From an uncultured Solibacteraceae bacterium (GTDB taxonomy: Bacteria; Acidobacteriota; Terriglobia; Bryobacterales; Bryobacteraceae): DNA of 64,000 nucleotides. Made by a program: the position numbers and the translations under genes. Shown in pieces: positions 19,448-27,161 of the stretch (positions are counted from its first letter, which is position 1; the number at the start of each line of letters is the position of its first letter). The DNA lies in the NCBI GenBank assembly GCA_964554945.1, contig CAZKQQ010000008.1, positions 2,827 to 66,826 of the forward strand, in the 5' to 3' direction. The notes beneath the pieces are model-generated. The model did no database searches. It had not been told where the DNA came from and was given only the letters and a program-made list of their open reading frames with translations.

Positions 19448-20662
19448 TTACCAGAAATACGTTGCGACGATTTTGGGAGACGAGGGAGATCCGGAAATCA
19501 CTTTCACATGCAAGACGAGCTCGAGGTTCTTCGTCTGCCAGCCGGCGGGGGCGGTACGGAGAGCTTCGGCCATCAATTCCGGTTGGGTGATGAGGTCGGC
19601 GGCCGCTTCCGTCCCGTATTGCGTGATGCCGGCGACTTCCACCAGCATGGCATGAGTGTCCGGATGAAACACGCGCGCCACGATGGCATAATCTTCGTCG
19701 GTATGACGGTCCGCCGGAAGATTGGGGAGCGACCATTGAGTGGTCGCCCCGTTATCGGTGATGCCGATGGGATGACGCGTGGTGTCAATGAAGTAACGCA
19801 TTTCCCGGCTGATCTCGCGCCATCGCGTATAGGAGTAACCGATCAGGATGGCAGGGCCGGTGCGCAGGTCCTCGAAGGTAGCGGCATTACCTACTTTTAG
19901 CCGGTAAGGATGACCCTGGCGAGTCAGAGAGGCGGTCAATTTAGAGACGGCAATGAGGTCTCCGCCGCCGACAAATTGATCGTTGAGCTGAACGAAATCC
20001 TTCGGCTGGGGCGTCTGGTTGGTGTCGGGGTCGACACGGTACACGGGCACGTAGGCGGCGGACAACAGCACGGGGAAATTCCCCGTGAGGACAGGGGCCC
20101 AGAACTGATCGAGCGGGGTGTTGGCAGGGCGCGTGCGCAGCCAGACGATGCCGCCGGCGACGAGGCAAAGAAGCGCGGCCAAGGCGAGAAGGCGCGGGCC
20201 GATGTGGACCGTTACGCGGCGCGGCGGGGGCAACGGCATCACCGGCATCTCGGGCGCGGGTGACGGCTCGGGCGGGGCCGGCGCGATTTCCGCCTGGCGA
20301 AACTCCGGGACATAGGAACCGAGCGGCAGCTCGATGCGAACGCGGTCGTGGGCGCCCTGGTCGGAGTAATACAGGCTGAGGCGTTTGCGAACTTCGCTCG
20401 CTTTCACGCGGACCGTGGCGTCTTCGCTCGGATCGTAATCCGTGGTGCGGCCGAAAACTTCGATTCCGATGGTTCGTTCCTTCAAGAACTCGGCCTGGCC
20501 GTTCAAGGTGTGCTCGACGATGTAACGGAGGAAGTCCTGGCTGCGCTTGCTGGTGCGGAACTCGTGGCTGGCCAGGACGCGGATGAGCGCCTCTCGAACC
20601 GCCTCTTCGGACCACGGCGGCCCGTGTGCGGGGGAGACTCCTGGAGAATGCCCCTGGGCCAT
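19448..20662 (-). CDS. membrane-anchored protein with cytoplasmic winged-helix-like N-terminus, one TM segment and a periplasmic domain (ToxR-like topology)
   Basis: LASHEFRTSKRSQDFLRYIVEHTLNGQAEFLKERTIGIEVFGRTTDYDPSEDATVRVKASEVRKRLSLYY is a recurrent N-terminal module. TM segment LLALAALLCLVAGGIVWL, followed by about 230 aa of unknown domain. Confidence 0.65.
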   Translation of the reverse strand: MAQGHSPGVSPAHGPPWSEEAVREALIRVLASHEFRTSKRSQDFLRYIVEHTLNGQAEFLKERTIGIEVFGRTTDYDPSEDATVRVKASEVRKRLSLYYSDQGAHDRVRIELPLGSYVPEFRQAEIAPAPPEPSPAPEMPVMPLPPPRRVTVHIGPRLLALAALLCLVAGGIVWLRTRPANTPLDQFWAPVLTGNFPVLLSAAYVPVYRVDPDTNQTPQPKDFVQLNDQFVGGGDLIAVSKLTASLTRQGHPYRLKVGNAATFEDLRTGPAILIGYSYTRWREISREMRYFIDTTRHPIGITDNGATTQWSLPNLPADRHTDEDYAIVARVFHPDTHAMLVEVAGITQYGTEAAADLITQPELMAEALRTAPAGWQTKNLELVLHVKVISGSPSSPKIVATYFW

Positions 20663-20702
20663 TGTGACCTATTCTAACGCGGAACACACTGAAAACATAT
20701 TG

Positions 20703-20757
20703 CGTTCGATGGAGTAATGAACGGGCTCTTAACAGGCGTAACGGTTTGGAACTGGAC
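20703..20757 (+). promoter_or_regulatory. copy A of a block-conserved element of about 56 nt (CGTTCGATG..GTAAyGAAC-N7-TAACrG..AACsGTTkkGAACTrGAC)
   Basis: Hand alignment with copies B and C. The element ends 41 nt before the ROK-like ATG at 20799. Confidence 0.7.
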
Positions 20758-20798
20758 AGGGCGCTGGGAAAGATCCGACGATGAGGGCAGGGAGAACC

Positions 20799-22223
20799 AT
20801 GCGCCCATTTTTAGTCGTGTCTCCGAAGTTCCGGCCGGTATTGGATCCGGAATTCGTTCCAGCGTCGCTGTGGAACCGCGCCTACCGGGCCGCGGTTCGG
20901 ACGAGCGGCGGGACGAACCTGGCGCTCGCGTTGGAACGCAGCGAGGGGTCCGTATCGGTATACCGCACTGCGATACTGCCCGATACGGATGACCACGCGG
21001 CCGTGAACGAGCGGTATGTCGAACGGTTAATGAAATTCCTGCTGTGGCAGAAGGGCGCGTGGCGGGTGAACGTGGGCGGAGATTCGCGGATCGCGAATTT
21101 CCTGAGCACGGTGTACGGACTCGGAGGCGCGCGGGCCTTCGATCGGCGGTTCATGGGCGAGCGGATATACGGACGTCCTTTTGAGGTCCGAAACACGACG
21201 TTCGAAGCTGCGCCTGTGGAAAAAGAAACGATGGCGCGGCTCGGGCGGCACTTGGACGGGTATCGGATTGGTTTCGATCTGGGGGCGAGCGACCGCAAGT
21301 GCGCCGCGGTTGTGGACGGACAGGTGATCTTTAGCGATGAGGTGCCGTGGAATCCGAGCGCGCAATCGGACCCGCAATATCACTTCGACGGAATCCACGA
21401 CTCTCTGAAGCGGGCCGCGGCCAGACTGCCGCGAGTGGATGCGATCGGCGGAAGCGCCGCGGGAGTCTACGTCGGCAACGAGGTTCGAGTAGGTTCCTTG
21501 TACCGCTCGGTGCCGCCGGCATTGTTCGACGGCCGCATCCGCCGGCTCTTTTTCGAGTTGCAGAAAGCGTGGAGCGGCGTGCCCTTTCAAGTTGTGAACG
21601 ATGGCGAGGTCACGGCCCTGGCGGGTTCCATGGCGCTGCATGATAACGCGGTGCTGGGTATCGCGATGGGTAGCAGCCTGGCGGCAGGTTACGTCACCCC
21701 CGAAGGCAGCATTACGAACTGGCTGAATGAACTGGCATTCGTTCCGTTAGATTATCGCGAGAACGCGCCAATCGATGAGTGGTCGGGCGATGCGGGCGTG
21801 GGGGTACAATATCTGTCTCAGCAGGCGGTGGGACGGCTGCTGGAGCCGGCCGGAATCCATCTGGCGAAAGATCTGGGGCTTCCCGCGAAACTCGAAGAAG
21901 TGCAGAAACTCATGGCCGCGGGCGATGTGCGCGCACGAAGGATTTACGAAACGATCGGTGTTTACTTCGGATACGCCATCGCGACGTATGTGGATTTTTA
22001 TGAAGTCCGCAACCTTTTGGTGCTGGGACGGGTGTTGAGCGGCGAGGGCGGCGACGTGATCTTGTCGGTGGCGCGTAAAGTTCTGCAGGAAGAGTTCCCT
22101 GAAGTGGCTGAGCGGATCCGCGTTCACGTTCCGGATGAAAAGGAAAAGCGCCACGGGCAGGCCATCGCGGCCGCGAGTCTGCCGCCGATTCACGTTGAGG
22201 AGAAGGTTCATGCGTTTTCATAA
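20799..22223 (+). CDS. ROK-like/ASKHA sugar kinase family protein with an N-terminal extension of about 150 aa
   Basis: GFDLGASDRKCAAVVDG (phosphate-1-like), VVNDGEVTALAG and GIAMGSSLAAGY. Start set at ATG 20799, after GGGAGAA. Confidence 0.7.
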   Translation: MRPFLVVSPKFRPVLDPEFVPASLWNRAYRAAVRTSGGTNLALALERSEGSVSVYRTAILPDTDDHAAVNERYVERLMKFLLWQKGAWRVNVGGDSRIANFLSTVYGLGGARAFDRRFMGERIYGRPFEVRNTTFEAAPVEKETMARLGRHLDGYRIGFDLGASDRKCAAVVDGQVIFSDEVPWNPSAQSDPQYHFDGIHDSLKRAAARLPRVDAIGGSAAGVYVGNEVRVGSLYRSVPPALFDGRIRRLFFELQKAWSGVPFQVVNDGEVTALAGSMALHDNAVLGIAMGSSLAAGYVTPEGSITNWLNELAFVPLDYRENAPIDEWSGDAGVGVQYLSQQAVGRLLEPAGIHLAKDLGLPAKLEEVQKLMAAGDVRARRIYETIGVYFGYAIATYVDFYEVRNLLVLGRVLSGEGGDVILSVARKVLQEEFPEVAERIRVHVPDEKEKRHGQAIAAASLPPIHVEEKVHAFS

Positions 22224-23064
22224 CCCGGGGGCGGATCTATTTGTTCCCGATGGCGTGGAGCCCCCGGGGGCGCTGGCGCGCACCACGCACCTGTGCATTG
22301 CCGCTCATCAGGACGATGTCGAAATCATGGCGTACCACGGTATCGCAGAGAGTTTCGGCAAGGCGGACAAGTGGTTTTCGGCAGTGGTAGTGACGAACGG
22401 AGCGGGCAGCCCCCGCAATGGGATTTACGCCGGCTACAGCGATGACGAGATGCAGAAGGTGCGATTGCGGGAGCAGCGCAAGGCGGCGTATGTCGGCGAG
22501 TATGGGTGCCAGGTGCAGCTCGGGTTCTCGAGCGCGCAGGTGAAAAATGCCGGCGAGCGCGCGCCGGTCGAAGATCTGAAGCAGATCTTGATGGCGGCGC
22601 GGCCGGAGGTCGTGTACCTGCACAATCTGGCCGATAAGCACGATACGCATGTCGCGGTGGCGCTGCGCTCGATTGCGGCGCTGCGGGCGGTACGGGATCA
22701 AGTCCGGCCGAAGAAGGTTTATGGGTGCGAAGTCTGGCGCGACCTGGACTGGCTGCCGGACGAGGATAAGCAGGCGTTGCCGGTTTCGGCGCGGTCGAAT
22801 CTGGCTGCGGCACTGGTGGGTGTGTTTGATTCCCAGGTGAGCGGCGGCAAACGGTACGATCTGGCGACTGCCGGGCGGCGGCTGGCGCACGCCACTTACT
22901 TTGCTTCGCACGGGACTGATGAAGAGAGCGGGTTGAGCTTCGCGATGGATCTGACTCCTCTGATCGAAAGGCCCGACTTGCCGGTAAGCGAATACGTGTT
23001 AGGGTTCGTCGATCGGTTTCGCGCAGATGTGGAGAAGCGGCTGAATCTGGCTTCGAACATTTGA
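22210..23064 (+). CDS. PIG-L/LmbE family deacetylase
   Basis: LCIAAHQDDVEIMAYHG matches the AHPDDE metal-binding motif. ATG 22210 follows GAGGAG and overlaps the upstream gene by 14 nt. Confidence 0.8.
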   Translation: MRFHNPGADLFVPDGVEPPGALARTTHLCIAAHQDDVEIMAYHGIAESFGKADKWFSAVVVTNGAGSPRNGIYAGYSDDEMQKVRLREQRKAAYVGEYGCQVQLGFSSAQVKNAGERAPVEDLKQILMAARPEVVYLHNLADKHDTHVAVALRSIAALRAVRDQVRPKKVYGCEVWRDLDWLPDEDKQALPVSARSNLAAALVGVFDSQVSGGKRYDLATAGRRLAHATYFASHGTDEESGLSFAMDLTPLIERPDLPVSEYVLGFVDRFRADVEKRLNLASNI

Positions 23065-23109
23065 CCGCTCCCTGACGGTCGCGATTCGGAAACTCCTGAA
23101 AAAACAGCA

Positions 23110-23165
23110 CGTTCGATGGGTAATGAACCCGCGCATAACGGCTCCGCAACCGTTGTGAACTAGAC
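23110..23165 (+). promoter_or_regulatory. copy B of the conserved element of about 56 nt
   Basis: By hand alignment, 44 of 57 columns are identical to copy C. Ends 39 nt before the SSS transporter ATG. Confidence 0.7.
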
Positions 23166-23204
23166 GCAGCCCGGCCTGCCGCCTCACTATGGCCTCGTGA
23201 GCAC

Positions 23205-24968
23205 ATGCAACTGAACTGGCTGGACTGGTGCTGGGTCGGCCTCTATTTCGCAGGCAACCTGGCCATCGGCCTGTTTTATCGGGCGCGCGCCGGTAAGAGC
23301 GTCAGCGAGTTTTTTCTATCGGGCCGGAACGTGCCGTGGTGGCTGGCGGGCACCTCCATGGTGGCGACGACGTTCGCGGCGGACACACCCCTGGCGGTAA
23401 CGGGGATGGTGGCCCGGGGAGGAATCGCCGGCAACTGGTTGTGGTGGAGCTTCGTTGCCAGCGGCATGCTCACCGTGTTTTTCTATGCGCGGCTGTGGCG
23501 CCGGTGCGGCGTGATGACCGACATCGAGTTCGCCGAAGTCCGGTACGCGGGCAAGCCGGCCGCCTTTCTGCGCGGATTTCGGGCGCTGTATCTCGGGATC
23601 CCGATCAATTGCATCATCCTCGGCTGGGTCAACCTGGCGATGGTCAAGATTCTGATGATGGCGCTCGGCCTCACGCGGCTAGAGGCTCTGCTGGTGGTGC
23701 TGGGGATGATCGCGCTTACTTCGATGATCTCCACGCTTTCCGGTTTATGGGGAGTGCTGGTGACCGATCTGTTTCAGTTCGTCATCAAGATGACCATGGT
23801 CATCGTGCTCGCGGTAGTCGCGGTGCAGGCGGCGGGCGGCATGAAGGCGATGAAGTTGAAGCTCATGCTGCTGGATCAGGGCAAGAGCGGGTCGGTGCTG
23901 AACTTCATTCCGGATTTCAATTCGGCGTGGATGCCGATGACTACGTTCCTGGTGTATATCTCGCTGAACTGGTGGGCGACCTGGTATCCGGGAGCCGAGC
24001 CGGGCGGCGGCGGGTATATCGCGCAGAGGATGTTTTCAGCCAAGGACGAGAAACACTCGCTACTGGCAACGCTATGGTTCAACATTGCGCACTACGCCAT
24101 CCGGCCGTGGCCATGGGTGCTGGTGGCGCTGGCTTCGCTGGTGCTCTTTCCCGGCCTGAAGGATCCGGAAACCGGATACGTACGGGTGATGATCGCGTAT
24201 TTGCCGGCTTCGCTGCGCGGCATCATGCTGGCTGCTTTCGCGGCCGCTTACATGTCGACCATTGCTACGCAGTTGAACTGGGGAGCCAGCTACATAGTGA
24301 ACGATTTTTACCGGCGGTTTCTGCGTCCAGCCGCGCCCGAACCACATTACGTGGCCGTATCGCGATGGTCCACCGTGCTGCTGACCGTGATCTCGGCGGT
24401 GGTCACGTTCTACCTGGATTCGATAGCCGGGGCCTGGAAGCTGCTGATCGTGACGGGAGCGGGAACCGGGCTGGTGCTTCTATTGCGGTGGTTCTGGTGG
24501 CGGATCAATGCGTGGAGCGAAGTATCGGCGATGGCTTCGGCATTCGTCACGTCGGTAGCGCTCCAGACTGCCGGCGGAATGGACAGCGACCGGCCCGCGG
24601 ACTTCGCCCGGATCATGATGATCACGGTGGGGGTGACCACGGCCGTCTGGCTCGGGGTGACGTTTCTGACCAAGCCTGAATCCGATCAAACGCTGATCAA
24701 GTTTTATTCCCGTGCGCGGCCGGGAGTCACCGGATGGGGGCCGATCGCGCGCCTGGTTCCGGAAATCCGCGGCTCCAACAACGGCTGGTATAGCGCGCTC
24801 GATTGGGTGAGCGGGTGCGTGCTCATCTATGGAGTGTTGTTCGGCACCGGCAAAATATTGCTGGACGAATGGGCCGCCGGACTGTCGTTACTGGGCATGG
24901 GATTGGCAGGAGGCGCGGTGGTGTGGTGGGACCTTTCGCGGCGCGGGTGGAGTTCGGTGGTGCAGTAG
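23205..24968 (+). CDS. sodium:solute symporter (SSS) family transporter
   Basis: FFLSGRNVPWWLAGTSMVATTFAADTPLAVTG and multiple TM segments over 587 aa. Confidence 0.85.
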   Translation: MQLNWLDWCWVGLYFAGNLAIGLFYRARAGKSVSEFFLSGRNVPWWLAGTSMVATTFAADTPLAVTGMVARGGIAGNWLWWSFVASGMLTVFFYARLWRRCGVMTDIEFAEVRYAGKPAAFLRGFRALYLGIPINCIILGWVNLAMVKILMMALGLTRLEALLVVLGMIALTSMISTLSGLWGVLVTDLFQFVIKMTMVIVLAVVAVQAAGGMKAMKLKLMLLDQGKSGSVLNFIPDFNSAWMPMTTFLVYISLNWWATWYPGAEPGGGGYIAQRMFSAKDEKHSLLATLWFNIAHYAIRPWPWVLVALASLVLFPGLKDPETGYVRVMIAYLPASLRGIMLAAFAAAYMSTIATQLNWGASYIVNDFYRRFLRPAAPEPHYVAVSRWSTVLLTVISAVVTFYLDSIAGAWKLLIVTGAGTGLVLLLRWFWWRINAWSEVSAMASAFVTSVALQTAGGMDSDRPADFARIMMITVGVTTAVWLGVTFLTKPESDQTLIKFYSRARPGVTGWGPIARLVPEIRGSNNGWYSALDWVSGCVLIYGVLFGTGKILLDEWAAGLSLLGMGLAGGAVVWWDLSRRGWSSVVQ

Positions 24969-24977
24969 CAAACTGAT

Positions 24978-27131
24978 ATGCTTCGTTACCTTTTGATTAC
25001 GGCGTTTCTCAGCGGGGCTTCGGCCGCGACGCTGCCGTTGATGCCCGCGCCGGCGAAGCTCGTGGCGACCGGTGGAAAGCTGGCAATCGATTCGAGTTTT
25101 CGGGTTGCGAGCGAAGGTTATTCCGATGCCCGGTTGCAAGCAGCGATAGGCCGGCTCGTCGCGCGGGTGGAGCGGCAGACGGGAATTCCCCTCCAGGCGA
25201 ACAATCGAGTTACCCTGCGGGTGATCTGTCAGGGGCGCAGTAATGAGTATCCGGTTTTAAGGGAGGACGAAGCGTACCATCTTCGGGTATCGTCCGGAGA
25301 CGCGCTCCTCCAAGCAAACACGGTGACCGGCGTTCTCCGGGGCCTGGAAACGTTCGCTCAATTGATCGTTGCGGGGCCGGACGGTTTCGAGGTTCCCGCC
25401 GTCCAAATCGAAGATCATCCGAGGTTTCCATGGCGCGGGCTCATGTTCGACGTGGCGCGGCACTGGATGCCGGCGCCCGTGGTGGAACGCAACCTAGATG
25501 CAATGGCTGCGGTGAAGCTTAACGTTTTTCACTGGCACTTATCCGACGATCAGGGCTTCCGAATCGAGAGCAAGCGCTACCCGCGCCTGCAGGAAGGCGG
25601 CAGCGATGGCCGGTTCTACACGCAAGCCGAGGTGCGGGAGGTAGTGGCGTATGCGCGCGACCGCGGCATCCGGGTAATTCCGGAATTCGATATGCCGGGC
25701 CACACGTCGGCGTGGTTTGCCGGATATCCGGAACTGGCGAGCGCACCGGGGCCGTATGCAATCGAGCGCAAGTGGGGCATCTTCCAACCGGTGATGGATC
25801 CCACGCGCGAAGAGATTTACACGTTTCTGGACGGACTGATTGGTGAGATGGCCGCGCTGTTTCCCGATCCGTATTTTCATATCGGCGGCGATGAAGTAGA
25901 GGAGACGCAATGGAAGAATTCACCTTCCATTCAGGCGTTTGCGCGAGCGCACCAATTGGCGACGAGCCGCGATCTGGCCGCGTATTTCACAGGCCGCGTG
26001 CAGAAGTTGCTGAAGAAGCATGGCAAGACGCTGGTCGGCTGGGATGAGGTCCTACAGCCTGGGCTCGCCGAAGACGCCGTCATTCAGTCCTGGCGCGGAC
26101 AGGCATCGCTGGCGGAAGCGGCGCACAAAGGACATCGCTCGCTGCTTTCGTTCGGGTACTACCTCGATTACCTGAAGCCCGCGAGTTCGCATTACGCGGT
26201 GGATCCGTTGGACGGCGCCGCGCGGGATCTCACGCCGGAGCAGACGGCTCGGATTCTCGGCGGCGAGGCCTGTATGTGGTCCGAATACGTGAGCGCCGAG
26301 ACGGTGGATTCGCGGCTTTGGCCGCGGCTGGCGGCGATCGCAGAGCGCTTCTGGTCTCCTCGCGACGTGACCGATGTGGAGTCGATGTATCAAAGGATGG
26401 AAGCGGTCAGCCGGTCGCTCGAGTGGGTCGGATTGAAGCATCGGTCGAGCGGCGGCCTTTTGCTCGACCGGCTCGCCCGGGCAGGCTCCTCCGAACCGTT
26501 GCGGGTGTTGGCCAACGCCTCCGAAGCACTCGGCATCGAAGGGCGTCGCGGCACTCGGACATATACGAGTCTCGTGCCTTTGAACCGGTTTGTCGATGCC
26601 GTTCCGCCGGAAAGCGAATCCGTGCGGCGCCTGGAGCGCGATGTGGCCCGGATGGATAGCGAACCAACGGCCGTGGCGGATTTACGAAGCATTCTGGCTC
26701 AATGGGCGGAATCCGAGGCGCAGGTCCGAGCGCTAGCCGAAAACAATGGGCTTCTGAGCGAGATTGTGCCGCTCGCCCGGAACCTGTCTTCCGCGGCCCG
26801 GATCGGGCTGCGAGCGCTCGACCTTCTTGAAAAACATCAGGCCGCGCCCGAAGGCTGGGCAGCACGTGAGAATCAGGAACTCGCCCAACTGGACCAGCCG
26901 ATCGCGGAAGTCAAACTGGCAGCGGTGCGGCCGGTGCGTTTGCTGCTGGGGGCGGTGGCGCGCCGGGCCGCTCAAATCAAACTGCAAACTCTTGAAACAG
27001 CGAGCGTTCGATGCGGTAACGAACCTCTCTGTAACGGAACCACAACGGTTGTGAACTGGACATTCGGAAGTATCCGGTCCAACATCACGCTGGAAAACAA
27101 TGCTTTGGGTGGCCAGAGCGGACTTCGTTGA
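24978..27131 (+). CDS. GH20 beta-N-acetylhexosaminidase with a helical C-terminal extension
   Basis: NVFHWHLSDDQGFR and FHIGGDEV catalytic motifs. Signal-like N-terminus MLRYLLITAFLSGASAA. Confidence 0.9.
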   Translation: MLRYLLITAFLSGASAATLPLMPAPAKLVATGGKLAIDSSFRVASEGYSDARLQAAIGRLVARVERQTGIPLQANNRVTLRVICQGRSNEYPVLREDEAYHLRVSSGDALLQANTVTGVLRGLETFAQLIVAGPDGFEVPAVQIEDHPRFPWRGLMFDVARHWMPAPVVERNLDAMAAVKLNVFHWHLSDDQGFRIESKRYPRLQEGGSDGRFYTQAEVREVVAYARDRGIRVIPEFDMPGHTSAWFAGYPELASAPGPYAIERKWGIFQPVMDPTREEIYTFLDGLIGEMAALFPDPYFHIGGDEVEETQWKNSPSIQAFARAHQLATSRDLAAYFTGRVQKLLKKHGKTLVGWDEVLQPGLAEDAVIQSWRGQASLAEAAHKGHRSLLSFGYYLDYLKPASSHYAVDPLDGAARDLTPEQTARILGGEACMWSEYVSAETVDSRLWPRLAAIAERFWSPRDVTDVESMYQRMEAVSRSLEWVGLKHRSSGGLLLDRLARAGSSEPLRVLANASEALGIEGRRGTRTYTSLVPLNRFVDAVPPESESVRRLERDVARMDSEPTAVADLRSILAQWAESEAQVRALAENNGLLSEIVPLARNLSSAARIGLRALDLLEKHQAAPEGWAARENQELAQLDQPIAEVKLAAVRPVRLLLGAVARRAAQIKLQTLETASVRCGNEPLCNGTTTVVNWTFGSIRSNITLENNALGGQSGLR
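27005..27061 (+). promoter_or_regulatory. copy C of the conserved element of about 56 nt, embedded in the 3' tail of the GH20 ORF
   Basis: Hand alignment. Ends 100 nt before the receptor ATG at 27162. Confidence 0.7.
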
Positions 27132-27161
27132 AAGGAAAAAGGGAGGAGAAGTGAGGTCATT

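Noticed and set aside
20748-20790. Reading the GAACT block as an ECF/sigma-E-type -35 box with a TCnAA-like -10, or as a DasR/NagR dre-like half-site (CTAGAC in copy B)
   Set aside because: The spacing from GAAC to the candidate -10 motifs is inconsistent among the three copies (about 17 to 22 nt). The dre-like match exists only in copy B and is not palindromic. I kept the element as unassigned.
23336-24679. 447-aa ORF in an alternative plus-strand frame within the SSS transporter gene
   Set aside because: The translation is Arg/Gly/Asp-rich junk. The 23205 frame has clear SSS motifs and TM segments.
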